A stretch of DNA of 64,000 nucleotides from Candidatus Cloacimonadales bacterium (GTDB taxonomy: Bacteria > Cloacimonadota > Cloacimonadia > Cloacimonadales > JAFGVF01), in contig OY762964.1 in assembly GCA_963667035.1 (NCBI GenBank), positions 2,560,001 through 2,624,000 on the forward strand. Direction: 5' to 3'. The notes below the pieces were generated by a model, which was not told the DNA's origin, made no database searches, and saw nothing but the letters and a program-made list of their open reading frames with translations. Of the stretch, positions 1-9,291 are shown piece after piece. Both the position numbers and the translations under genes were made by a program. Each line of letters opens with the position of its first letter. Position 1 is the stretch's first letter.

Positions 1-1506
1 ATTGGAAAGTTCAATATCTTTAGAAGAAACTATATTCTCATTAATTGCCACTCTATCGTTCATCGTAAAAGGAACTTTTATAATACCATGTTCATGAACA
101 ATTCTCATATTCGCATAGATATAATAGTTTCTTACAGGAACATTTAGAGCTACTTGTAATGTTATCATCCCTCCATACTCTAGAGTAATCGGTAATGTAT
201 CATGAATCGCCATAAGATAGGATTCTCCTTGACCTTCAAAGAAAATATCTTCAATAGTAATTCCATTAATAGAGTTATCATTAAACAATGTGATTTCTAA
301 AGGTTCCTCTAAATCTCCATTAGTCTCAATAATTATTTCTTCTGGATATGCTCCCAAATAATGAATAGGAGTAATATCAACAATTGCACCCTCGCAGACT
401 GTCATACCATAAGGCATTTCATCTGGTATCTGATACCAGCCATCAGCACTTCCACCCCATCCAAAGTTTATATGAAAAAATCCCTCGGAGTTGTATCCGT
501 CTAAAACAACATTATGTCCATTATCCCAATTTGGAGTCACAACTGCATAGTGAACAGGTTTCCCGGATATCATATTCGCTGTTATTCTCTCGATTAAATC
601 CGGAGATGAGTTATTCAACAATTCCATTTCTTGAAAATTCATCCTCTGATATGCTGAAAAGGCTTGTCCTACATTAAACGTCCCTGAACCTCCTGAACTA
701 TAGACCTGCTCAGCCAAGACACCACTAGCAAAAACAAGGGCAGCTTTGTCGTTGTTAGTCAATTCTACTGAATGCCTCATGTGATACGAAGCAGAATCCA
801 GATATGTATTTAAATCACTAAACGATGGAAACCCAAACATAGCATAATCATCATCAATCCTATAGGCATTACCTCCATAATTATGGTAATAGTCATCTAC
901 ATCTGTAAACTCTTTTTCATTAAGGGTTGCATGATAGTTAACGATTTGTGCCATTGCTATAGCTGGGCATCCGGCATAGCTTCTACTATTAGATGTTAAA
1001 TCCATAGGACAAAACATGTTGTAAGGTACGGACTGTGACCATTCTGTTTGTATCCATCCTCCGGTTGTTGTCATTGATTGTGGAGGCCAATATTGAACTG
1101 TCAAAGATCCCCTATTACTCAGAATGCTATTCCATTTATGGTTTCTCTCTCTTACCATTTGTTCCGGTATATTAGAAACATTTTGTAATCTGTATAAAAT
1201 ATCACTAGTAATCAATTCAATGAATTCACTGTTATCATTTATATTGTGTTCTAATGAATAAGCTATTATAGGTGGTAGGTCATTATCTTTCGTAACAATA
1301 ATGAATCCTTGGGGACTTAGATTGTATATATTAGCAATTGTATGACCACAATCTGTAATTTCTCGACAAGATATAATTGTGTTATCAGCTGAAAGCACTT
1401 TTAGATGGCTATTAGCCACTGTTACCATCTCTGTATCAGAAACAGGAATTGCTGACAGTAAAGTAGCAAAAGCAAAAAGAATTGAATACAATAAGACCTT
1501 AAACAT
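1..1506 (-). CDS. Secreted C10-family (streptopain/SpeB-like) cysteine peptidase; 3' end runs off the window
   Basis: Not in the ORF track; translated by hand. ATG at 1506 after GAGGAG, signal peptide MFKVLLYSILFAFATLLSA, motifs WSQSVPYNMFCP, YAGCPAIAMAQI (Cys), GHNVVLDGY (His), HINFGWGG. Frame open to position 1, ending ...IELSN, as expected just before a YPNPFNP sorting domain. Confidence 0.88.
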   Translation of the reverse strand, partial: MFKVLLYSILFAFATLLSAIPVSDTEMVTVANSHLKVLSADNTIISCREITDCGHTIANIYNLSPQGFIIVTKDNDLPPIIAYSLEHNINDNSEFIELITSDILYRLQNVSNIPEQMVRERNHKWNSILSNRGSLTVQYWPPQSMTTTGGWIQTEWSQSVPYNMFCPMDLTSNSRSYAGCPAIAMAQIVNYHATLNEKEFTDVDDYYHNYGGNAYRIDDDYAMFGFPSFSDLNTYLDSASYHMRHSVELTNNDKAALVFASGVLAEQVYSSGGSGTFNVGQAFSAYQRMNFQEMELLNNSSPDLIERITANMISGKPVHYAVVTPNWDNGHNVVLDGYNSEGFFHINFGWGGSADGWYQIPDEMPYGMTVCEGAIVDITPIHYLGAYPEEIIIETNGDLEEPLEITLFNDNSINGITIEDIFFEGQGESYLMAIHDTLPITLEYGGMITLQVALNVPVRNYYIYANMRIVHEHGIIKVPFTMNDRVAINENIVSSKDIELSN

Positions 1507-1654
1507 ATTATTAACTCCTCATAAAGTATTTCTCCACATTTATGTAAAATAATAAGTATCAGGAATTGTTGTCAATATAGTTATTTTCTAAGTCTTAAAG
1601 CTTACTGTACCTCTCCTCAATTTGCGGTAAAGGCTGTTACATTTAAGTATAATA

Positions 1655-2365
1655 ATGAAATCATGACCACCAGCTCAGCTGGTGGTTTGGACTCGCCCTA
1701 TAAGGGCGGACACTGACCAGGCTCTCGCCCTCTGAGAAAATGTCAGCTGCACAACTATTTCCGGATACCCCTAAAGGGATTGTTTTAATGCCTTAGTTTT
1801 CTTGCTTACCCGTAAACGGGTCAATAAACTCTTTGATTGTCATCTGATCAGAGAGTACATCTTCTTGGAGTTGTGACCTGACATAATTTGCTATTCGCTG
1901 TTCATTTTTGCCAACGGTATCGACAAAGTAGCCTCGACACCAAAATCGACGTTGACCATACTTGTATTTCAGTTGAGCATGTCGGTCAAAAACATCAGGC
2001 TACTCTTACCTTTAAGATATCCCATTATTGATGAAACACTATATTTCGGTGGTATTTTTATCAACATGTGAATGTGACCGGGGCAAGCCTCTGCTTCAAT
2101 GATTTCAATCTGTTTCCGTTCACATAATACTCGCAGTATCTCACCAATATCTTTTTTTAGTTTGCGATAAATTACCTGTCGTCGATACTTGGGTGCAAAG
2201 ACTATGTGGTATTTACAATTCCATGTAATATGTGATAATGTACTATTATCCATTATTCCTCCTTTGTTTATTTTGCAGCTGACACTACAAAGTTACGATG
2301 GAGGAATTTTTGTGCATAGCTAAAGCTTTTGGGAACCACCTGCAGAGCAGGTGGATTTCGTTACA
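1655..2365 (-). mobile_element. IS200/IS605-family insertion sequence (tnpA only); boundaries approximate
   Basis: Y1 transposase flanked by subterminal hairpins ACCACCAGCT-C-AGCTGGTGGT (1666-1686) and CCACCTGC-AGA-GCAGGTGG (2336-2354). Confidence 0.85.
1793..2253 (-). pseudogene. tnpA: IS200-type Y1 (HUH) transposase with a 1-nt frameshift
   Basis: KYHIVFAPKYRR, HIH (HUH) and LKGKSS motifs. After ATG-TTTTT-GAC (~1986-1996) the conserved continuation DRHAQLKYKYGQRRFWCRGYFVDTVGKN...NYVRSQ lies in another frame and stops at TAA 1793-1795. Confidence 0.85.
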
Positions 2366-2370
2366 CATGT

Positions 2371-2399
2371 AAAGAGCCTGTTGTATTACCAACAGACTC
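2371..2399 (-). terminator. Rho-independent terminator of the giant surface protein gene
   Basis: Minus strand GAGTCTGTTG-N6-CAACAGGCTC-TTT, starting 19 nt after the stop codon. Confidence 0.6.
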
Positions 2400-2417
2400 C
2401 CATATATTAAGCGAGTA

Positions 2418-5400
2418 CTATTTCATCAGAATCATTTTTCTTGATCTTGTGTAAGTGCCTGAGTGCATCTTGTAGAAGTATACACCACTAGATACTTGAG
2501 TTCCATTGGAATCCTTACCATCCCATACGATTGAGTGACGACCGGCATTGTAATCTCCATCTGTAACTCTTGCTACTCTCTGACCCTTTATGTTATATAT
2601 GTCGATTGTAACCAATGCATTATCTTTGAGATCAAAACTGATTGTTGTCTCAGGATTGAATGGGTTTGGATAGTTACCGCAAAGTGATGTTCTGTCGGGC
2701 ATTACTACAGGATTCTCGCCTCCGAGTACGGCACCATCATTCATTATCTGTATATCATCAATCATCATGAAGAAAGTTTGTTCGGATACACAGTTAAAAG
2801 CAATTCGAATTAACTCTTCTTGATAATCACTCAAATCGATCTCAAAGTTTGTCCATTCAAGAGGTAAATCAAGAGGGTTATCTCCTGAAATAACTGTGAA
2901 GTCTGATGGGTTTGTACTACCTGAAGAAACAAGTACTTTTAGTTGTTCAGGACCAAATTGTGTTGTGTATGAACGAGCCTTAAAGGATAATGTCGCAACT
3001 TCATTGGACATCTGAATCTTAGGTGTAATCATCCAGTCATCATTTGAACCTGAATCTGCTGAAAAACATGCTCCATACCTATCTCCACTATAAGCATCGG
3101 CAAATTGAAGTGGTGGCACGGTTCCACTTGGATTGAAAACAATAAATGACATTGGATCCGTTTCTCCAGGGAAATTTATCCCATTGGTGAATCCAAATGT
3201 ATCTTCTCCATCTACATCGAGAAGAGTCCAATACTGCATTTCAGTCGCAAAGTCTTCATAACCTTCAAAATCTTCGGCGATTACTGGTGGATCGACTCCT
3301 ATGAAAGTAACCATGATTGAATCACATGCAGGTGACTCTCCGGTAGGACCACTATAAAGAGCTGTTACCTTATATTCATAAGTCTGATTGAGTACAACAT
3401 CCTGATCAAGATAGAAATAAGTTGGTACAGTCTCAGAATTGATTACGACATCATCTCTATATACATTGTAACCGACAAGATCTCTTGTTGCTATTGAAGG
3501 ACCTGTCCAAGAAAGTTCTACTCCTTGATATGTTATATTATAATCAAGAGATGTAGGAGGATCAAATCCTACTGGTGGTTCATGATTGTCTGTTGTTACA
3601 AAAAGAGCATAATCTCCTGTTGCCCAACGACTGGTTCTACCATTTTTCTTAACTGCTCTTTCGGATACAGGAACATTATCAAATCTCGATATTCTAAGAT
3701 AATAGAAACCGGACTCTGTGATATCTGCATCAATATAAGGATTCATGCTATCTGACCAACTGTCATCATCAAAAGCAAAAGAAGCAAATTCATCAACATT
3801 TGCCCCCAAATCGTTATAAGGTCCATATAAGAAAGCTGTTAAATCTATTGTAGATCCTTCAATATTCTCTGTATGAATCTCAAGGTTAGCAGGAGCTGCC
3901 TGCCAGAATACATACCAGTCAACATCTGCTTCCGGTTCTATTACTGCTACATAGTCAACACAATCTAGTGTTATCTCGATTGCATCATCTGAGCTCTCAT
4001 TATTGTCTGCCGTGTAAGCATAACCATGTAATGGAATCTCATGAATTTCTCTATCCTCTGTTACATTATCGACTATTGTCAACATTGCTTGTTTATGTCC
4101 TTCGGAAGTTGGAGCGAAATAGATGTCGAAGTCAACTTCTCCGAATTGTGGAATGTTGATTGGATAGGTATTATCATCAGATAATGAGAACTGATCAGCA
4201 TTATCTCCACCTAAAACTATAGCCGGATCAATAACTGCATCTTGGTTGCCAAAGTTAGCAATTCTAATATTATAAGCAACAGAAGTTGAACCAACGTTTT
4301 CAACGCCAAAGTCAACATTAAGAGCACTGATTATAACATAGGGTCCATCACTTGGTGGAATCATAAAGAATCTAGTATTAGGAATTACCGAACTAACTGT
4401 TCCTGTTGGTGGTGCGTTAGGGTCAGGATTCGTTGTGTCGTCGTAGTAATAAATACTTCTTAAATCTGACACAGTTGTACAATAAAATTCTTCATCACTA
4501 TCGCCATAACCACTCATATTCTCTTCAACAGCTATAACAAGATTAGACATTCCGTCATAGAAGAACATGTTATCTAGTGGAAAGTCTATCCAACCTGCCC
4601 CTGCAGGTGGATTAATAGTACCATTATAAACCATTGTTAGCTCATTGTATGGTACCCAATCTGCATTATTTTCGAAACTATCCTGATTTGTTTGTCCTAT
4701 ATAAATAACCCATTCTGTACTGTTAGTAAGAATACCGTTTCCATTGTAATTATATGCTATAGAGTTTATGAAACCTGCTGATTCCATTTCTTCAGCTGTG
4801 TAGATGGACTGAGAATATGTATAACCATAGTATGGTTCGATAGGTAAATGTTGATTAACTTCAGCTCCATCACCAACGATTACCATTCCTTCAGGTCTCG
4901 TAATAAAAGACCATACCGGACAATTTACTGCATCACCAACATAGTTGTATGGTATTATTTGCCAATAGTGTATAGTTTCAAAGTCAAGCATATCTGTAAC
5001 ACTGTAGGTTGTTGTAAATCCGGTATCAGTTCCGTTAACTACATTGGTCGGAGGGTTATCTGTTCCCATGTAAACTCTATATCCATCCGGGTAATTACCT
5101 CCATCAGCCCACTCAAGTATTGGTGTAATACTTTGATTAATTGACTCATTTAAAGGAGAAACCACATTTGCAGAATTAGGTATGTCGTTAAATGTTGTAA
5201 ATGACCAAATAGGGCAATTTACTGCATTTCCAACCGCATTGTAAGGTGTAATCTGCCAATAATAAACACTACCCGCCACCAGACCTGAATAATCGAAACT
5301 ATTTTCATTACCAGCATTAATCATGTTATAGGTATCCGTTGGAGGATTATCAGTTCCAATACTAACATAGTAACCTGTAGCTCCAGGAACCGGGTTCCAT

Positions 5401-7574
5401 TCCAGTAAACCTGTCATAGGTATATCAGAAACAGCATCTTCCGGGAAAACTAAGTTAGTAGGAACAGGAACATTATTATTATCCCATATAGCAACATCAT
5501 CAATTGCAACATCACCAGTCCAAGAAGGACCACCCAGATAACGGAATCTTAACTTAACAATACCAGTAAAACTACTTAAATCAACATCTGCACTTAACCA
5601 ATCCATACCTTGATCATCTGAGAGAGCAGGTCTTACATCTTCATTCCACTGAGTACCATCCCATATATCAAAATGCAATTCGCCACAATCTACTCCATAA
5701 AGGGTATACCAGAAAGATAATAATGGGTTAGTAACACTTGTCAAATCAAACGGAGGAGTAAGCAAATCAAATCTATTACCATCTACACCATCCGATTGAG
5801 CTCTTGCAAAGTAACCACCGTTGCCTGTATGATCTCCATTTTGTGGTCCTGTCTCCCAATTAACAAAACTATTAAAACTCCACTCACCATTATCCTCGGA
5901 ACCTTGTACCCAACCAATTGGGATAGCTTCTTCAAGGTCAAAATCCTGAATATATGGGTAGTTAATTATAGTCTGATTAAAACCTTCACCCGTTAGGTTA
6001 ATAGGATAGGTATTGTTTTGATTGTCAGTAATAGTTACGATAGAAGATAGTTGACCTGAGCTAATTGGTGTAAAGCTAACTTCAAAAGTAGCTCTTTGAG
6101 TTGAAGCTATCGTAAGGGGATAAGTATTATTATCTGCTAAAGAAAAGTCTATAGTATTATCCATTGTCAACGATTGGATAACTAAGTCGGAAAGCCCTGC
6201 ATTTACCATAGTAAATAAAACAGGTTCAGAACTAGTAGTAGTATACTGAATAGTATACTCATAATTCTCAGGATAGTATGATAGCTCAGCATTAGGATTA
6301 ATATCTCCCATAGAAAGTCTCATATTGGGTATAAAACTTATAACCTCAGCGGCATCTGGTGGAGTAGAAGGATCTGGATTCGTCGAATCATCATAGAAAT
6401 ACAAACTTCTTGGACTACCTGTGGCAGCACAATAAAAATCTTCATTGTCACTGGATGAGTATTCCGGTTGATTTTCTTCTACTGCTATAACGAGATTATC
6501 AACATTATTATACACAAAAGGTGTCTGTAAATCAAATTCTATCCAACCATCAGCCCCAATAGTTGGTAATGGTCCATTATAAACTTCCATAAACTGAGAA
6601 ATTGGAATCCAATCTGTAATTGAACTAAAGGATGAGTTAGTTGTATACCCCATATAAATAATCCATTCATTACAGTTATTTAATGTCCCGGCTTCATTGA
6701 ATTGGTAGTATATCTTTTCAATTCTTTGATTTTGAACATTTATCTCTGATTGTAGCACTATAGATTGGGTATAACTATATCCATACCATGGTTCTAATGG
6801 TAAATGCTTATCAATCTCTGTTCCATTACTTACTTGTATTATACCAGCTTCCAGTTCTGTACAGAATGCTCCGGTTACTGAATTGTCATAAGGGCTTATA
6901 CTATTTTTTGCAGTAATTTTCCAGTAATATGATGAGTTAAAGTTTAGTACTCCCGGGTCATATGTCTCACTAGGACCGGAAATGGTTTGATTTTCTATAA
7001 CAGGCACATCTGGAAGAGAACCTTCACCAAAGTAAAAATCGTAGGTTTCGGTGTTAACTCCCCAATCCCAAGATATAGTTGTTCCGTTTACAAGTACCCC
7101 AAGAGCACCTGATTCAGGTACTATGCTATTAGGAGCTCCTGGCATATTGGGATCATTAGGAGTACTTCCGGTCAAACTTACCATGTAAGTTCCAATTGAA
7201 GTATCAGAAAATCCTCTTAAGTTAAAGTAATGCCAGCCTGTACTTGTAATTGAGTAAATTATCTCTGATTGAGCAGTATTTTGTGCATCATCGTTAGATG
7301 CCAATTCATTTGTCCCTGTTGAATCATAGAGATGCAAATACGTATCAAAAGAAGTTGAAGCATTAACACAGTTAATATTGATGCTATCTCCAGTTACTGC
7401 CCAGAATTTCCAGTAATCATGATCGTTGGAAGTAATCTCTCCAGTATGATTACCATCAACAACGGTTAACACACCTGTAGCGACGAATGAGTTGTTTGGT
7501 TCTGTCTCGACATCAGCCATAAGACAGGTAACGGATAAAATCAGAATCACAATTGAAAGCAACATCCTTTTCAT
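2418..7574 (-). CDS. Giant modular secreted/surface protein (PPC-like, FN3-like repeats, choice-of-anchor D/Ig, MAM-like, choice-of-anchor J/cleaved adhesin, FlgD-Ig C-terminal sorting domain)
   Basis: Start moved to MKRMLL (7574; GGGAG RBS, signal peptide). Motifs ETEPNN..DHDYWKF, MAM-like GDVAIDDV, TDNPPT..YYWQI..NCP.WSF repeats, NDDWMITP..IAF..MIDDI, C-terminal GNYPNPFNPETTISF..GVYFYKM..KMILMK. Confidence 0.85.
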   Translation of the reverse strand: MKRMLLSIVILILSVTCLMADVETEPNNSFVATGVLTVVDGNHTGEITSNDHDYWKFWAVTGDSININCVNASTSFDTYLHLYDSTGTNELASNDDAQNTAQSEIIYSITSTGWHYFNLRGFSDTSIGTYMVSLTGSTPNDPNMPGAPNSIVPESGALGVLVNGTTISWDWGVNTETYDFYFGEGSLPDVPVIENQTISGPSETYDPGVLNFNSSYYWKITAKNSISPYDNSVTGAFCTELEAGIIQVSNGTEIDKHLPLEPWYGYSYTQSIVLQSEINVQNQRIEKIYYQFNEAGTLNNCNEWIIYMGYTTNSSFSSITDWIPISQFMEVYNGPLPTIGADGWIEFDLQTPFVYNNVDNLVIAVEENQPEYSSSDNEDFYCAATGSPRSLYFYDDSTNPDPSTPPDAAEVISFIPNMRLSMGDINPNAELSYYPENYEYTIQYTTTSSEPVLFTMVNAGLSDLVIQSLTMDNTIDFSLADNNTYPLTIASTQRATFEVSFTPISSGQLSSIVTITDNQNNTYPINLTGEGFNQTIINYPYIQDFDLEEAIPIGWVQGSEDNGEWSFNSFVNWETGPQNGDHTGNGGYFARAQSDGVDGNRFDLLTPPFDLTSVTNPLLSFWYTLYGVDCGELHFDIWDGTQWNEDVRPALSDDQGMDWLSADVDLSSFTGIVKLRFRYLGGPSWTGDVAIDDVAIWDNNNVPVPTNLVFPEDAVSDIPMTGLLEWNPVPGATGYYVSIGTDNPPTDTYNMINAGNENSFDYSGLVAGSVYYWQITPYNAVGNAVNCPIWSFTTFNDIPNSANVVSPLNESINQSITPILEWADGGNYPDGYRVYMGTDNPPTNVVNGTDTGFTTTYSVTDMLDFETIHYWQIIPYNYVGDAVNCPVWSFITRPEGMVIVGDGAEVNQHLPIEPYYGYTYSQSIYTAEEMESAGFINSIAYNYNGNGILTNSTEWVIYIGQTNQDSFENNADWVPYNELTMVYNGTINPPAGAGWIDFPLDNMFFYDGMSNLVIAVEENMSGYGDSDEEFYCTTVSDLRSIYYYDDTTNPDPNAPPTGTVSSVIPNTRFFMIPPSDGPYVIISALNVDFGVENVGSTSVAYNIRIANFGNQDAVIDPAIVLGGDNADQFSLSDDNTYPINIPQFGEVDFDIYFAPTSEGHKQAMLTIVDNVTEDREIHEIPLHGYAYTADNNESSDDAIEITLDCVDYVAVIEPEADVDWYVFWQAAPANLEIHTENIEGSTIDLTAFLYGPYNDLGANVDEFASFAFDDDSWSDSMNPYIDADITESGFYYLRISRFDNVPVSERAVKKNGRTSRWATGDYALFVTTDNHEPPVGFDPPTSLDYNITYQGVELSWTGPSIATRDLVGYNVYRDDVVINSETVPTYFYLDQDVVLNQTYEYKVTALYSGPTGESPACDSIMVTFIGVDPPVIAEDFEGYEDFATEMQYWTLLDVDGEDTFGFTNGINFPGETDPMSFIVFNPSGTVPPLQFADAYSGDRYGACFSADSGSNDDWMITPKIQMSNEVATLSFKARSYTTQFGPEQLKVLVSSGSTNPSDFTVISGDNPLDLPLEWTNFEIDLSDYQEELIRIAFNCVSEQTFFMMIDDIQIMNDGAVLGGENPVVMPDRTSLCGNYPNPFNPETTISFDLKDNALVTIDIYNIKGQRVARVTDGDYNAGRHSIVWDGKDSNGTQVSSGVYFYKMHSGTYTRSRKMILMK

Positions 7575-7694
7575 ACTTTTCTCCCTTGTTGCTTGAATTA
7601 TTTTTTTTAAAGCAATGTTGAAAAGCTTTAACCCCTGAATATTATCCATAATATTAACTCCAAAATAATAATGTCAAATGCTTTCTATGTTAAT

Positions 7695-8948
7695 TTATTT
7701 TTTGTAATTTGGAGTCCAGTTTAACTCTGGTTTTACCTGTCTTGAGTTCCAAAGATATTTTTCGATTCTCTCCCTTAATAAGCCATCAATCTCTTTCTTA
7801 ACAGGATATATTGATGCAGTAAGTATTCTTTGCATCAGAATGAAAGAAGTTTCAACATAGTAGTTAAGACCTTGTGCAGTACAATGTTTTGCCACATCAT
7901 TTTCAGTATGAATATGGAATGTTCCTTTACCTCCGAATCTTGCAATGTTTATGGAAGGTATCTCGTACACTGAGAAAGGAATTCCGTCACTGCTGTATAT
8001 ATCAAGTCTTTCATTAAAGAGATACCCGTTCTCTTTCATCATCCCATTTGCATAACCCATTAATTGTTGAGTTCCTATCACTGCCATCATATCCGTTCCA
8101 AGTACATCACCGGCAACATCAACATTAAGAACTAAACCGGCTCTTTCTTGAATCTCTTCTTTATGTGCTTCAACATAAGCTGATGATCCAAGTAAACCTA
8201 GTTCCTCACCCGAGAAGAAGCAAACCTTAAGCTCTCTCTGTAAGTTAAGTTTATGTAGCTTTTCTGCAGTCCTAAGTATACATACTGAACCTCCGGCATT
8301 ATCAGTAGATCCATGAGATCTTGCAACAGTGTCATAATGAGCAACCATATAGGTTAAGGTATTATCAGCGACCGACTTACCTATGGTAGCAATAATATTA
8401 TAGGCTGTTCTCTCTTCACAGCTCTGCTCAATTGTCATTTTTATTTGAGAACCAGACTTACCGATCAATTTCTCAGCAGTATTATATGTAACTGTCACAG
8501 CCGGAACTGACCCATCAATTTTGCTTTGCTGCCTATAGGAAAGTGAAGTCTCTGTTCTATATGGAGGAGATACTCTTATCATTCCGGCAACATTTTCTTC
8601 CTTCATTGCAAGCATAGCATTTCTTGTTATATTACTTGCCAGTATTATTTTACCACTCCAAATTCCTTTATTATAGATAATCTCATCAGCATTGCGAACA
8701 AAGCACAGCTCACCCTCAAAGCTTCCTGAATCAGACAATCCGAAAGGCATTGCACTGTATTCTTTATCATCTATTTTCAAAGTTGCTTTACCTGAATCAA
8801 AACTCCATAAACTGAATGGCTCTTCTACATAGGGGATTCCTGCTTCATCAAGATATTTTTTGATAATATTTCTTGCTTTCTCTTCATTTTCAGATCCTGC
8901 TAATCTTTCAAAATCAAGCTCTTTTAAGACTTGTAGTGGTTTAATCAT
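7695..8948 (-). CDS. M28-family zinc aminopeptidase with PA-like insert
   Basis: AHYDTV, GSTDNAGG, SGEELGLLGS, SD and HIHTEND metal-binding motifs. Confidence 0.85.
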   Translation of the reverse strand: MIKPLQVLKELDFERLAGSENEEKARNIIKKYLDEAGIPYVEEPFSLWSFDSGKATLKIDDKEYSAMPFGLSDSGSFEGELCFVRNADEIIYNKGIWSGKIILASNITRNAMLAMKEENVAGMIRVSPPYRTETSLSYRQQSKIDGSVPAVTVTYNTAEKLIGKSGSQIKMTIEQSCEERTAYNIIATIGKSVADNTLTYMVAHYDTVARSHGSTDNAGGSVCILRTAEKLHKLNLQRELKVCFFSGEELGLLGSSAYVEAHKEEIQERAGLVLNVDVAGDVLGTDMMAVIGTQQLMGYANGMMKENGYLFNERLDIYSSDGIPFSVYEIPSINIARFGGKGTFHIHTENDVAKHCTAQGLNYYVETSFILMQRILTASIYPVKKEIDGLLRERIEKYLWNSRQVKPELNWTPNYKK

Positions 8949-9069
8949 TTTCGTCTCCTAATTATGGTGATATTAGTAAAAAATGTAGATGTTAAGTTTG
9001 AGCAAGATATTTTTTAGGTAGGGTTAATTTTGTGTAAAAGTACTGTTATAATCAGTATTCATAGATTAG

Positions 9070-9291
9070 TTATCCACAATTATCCACATTATCGACACAT
9101 TTCTATCCACACCCGTATTTGCCTACATATTAGCAAGTTACACTTGTAGACCATATAATGAGCATAAGTTATCCACATCAAACGTGCATTTATCCACATC
9201 AAATATTCTTGGATTATTTTACAAAACTCAGTTTAACCCTCTTAAATAGATTATTGCCACGAATTGTTAAGAAATAATTACCTGTGGATAA
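9070..9291. promoter_or_regulatory. DnaA-box cluster
   Basis: Perfect TTATCCACA at 9070, 9080, 9169, 9190; one-mismatch copies at 9089 (TTATCGACA) and 9103 (CTATCCACA); reverse TGTGGATAA at 9283; AT-rich flank. Confidence 0.8.

Noticed and set aside
384..677. 97-aa plus-strand ORF in the track
   Set aside because: Antisense shadow of the minus-strand C10 peptidase, which the track missed because it runs off the window.
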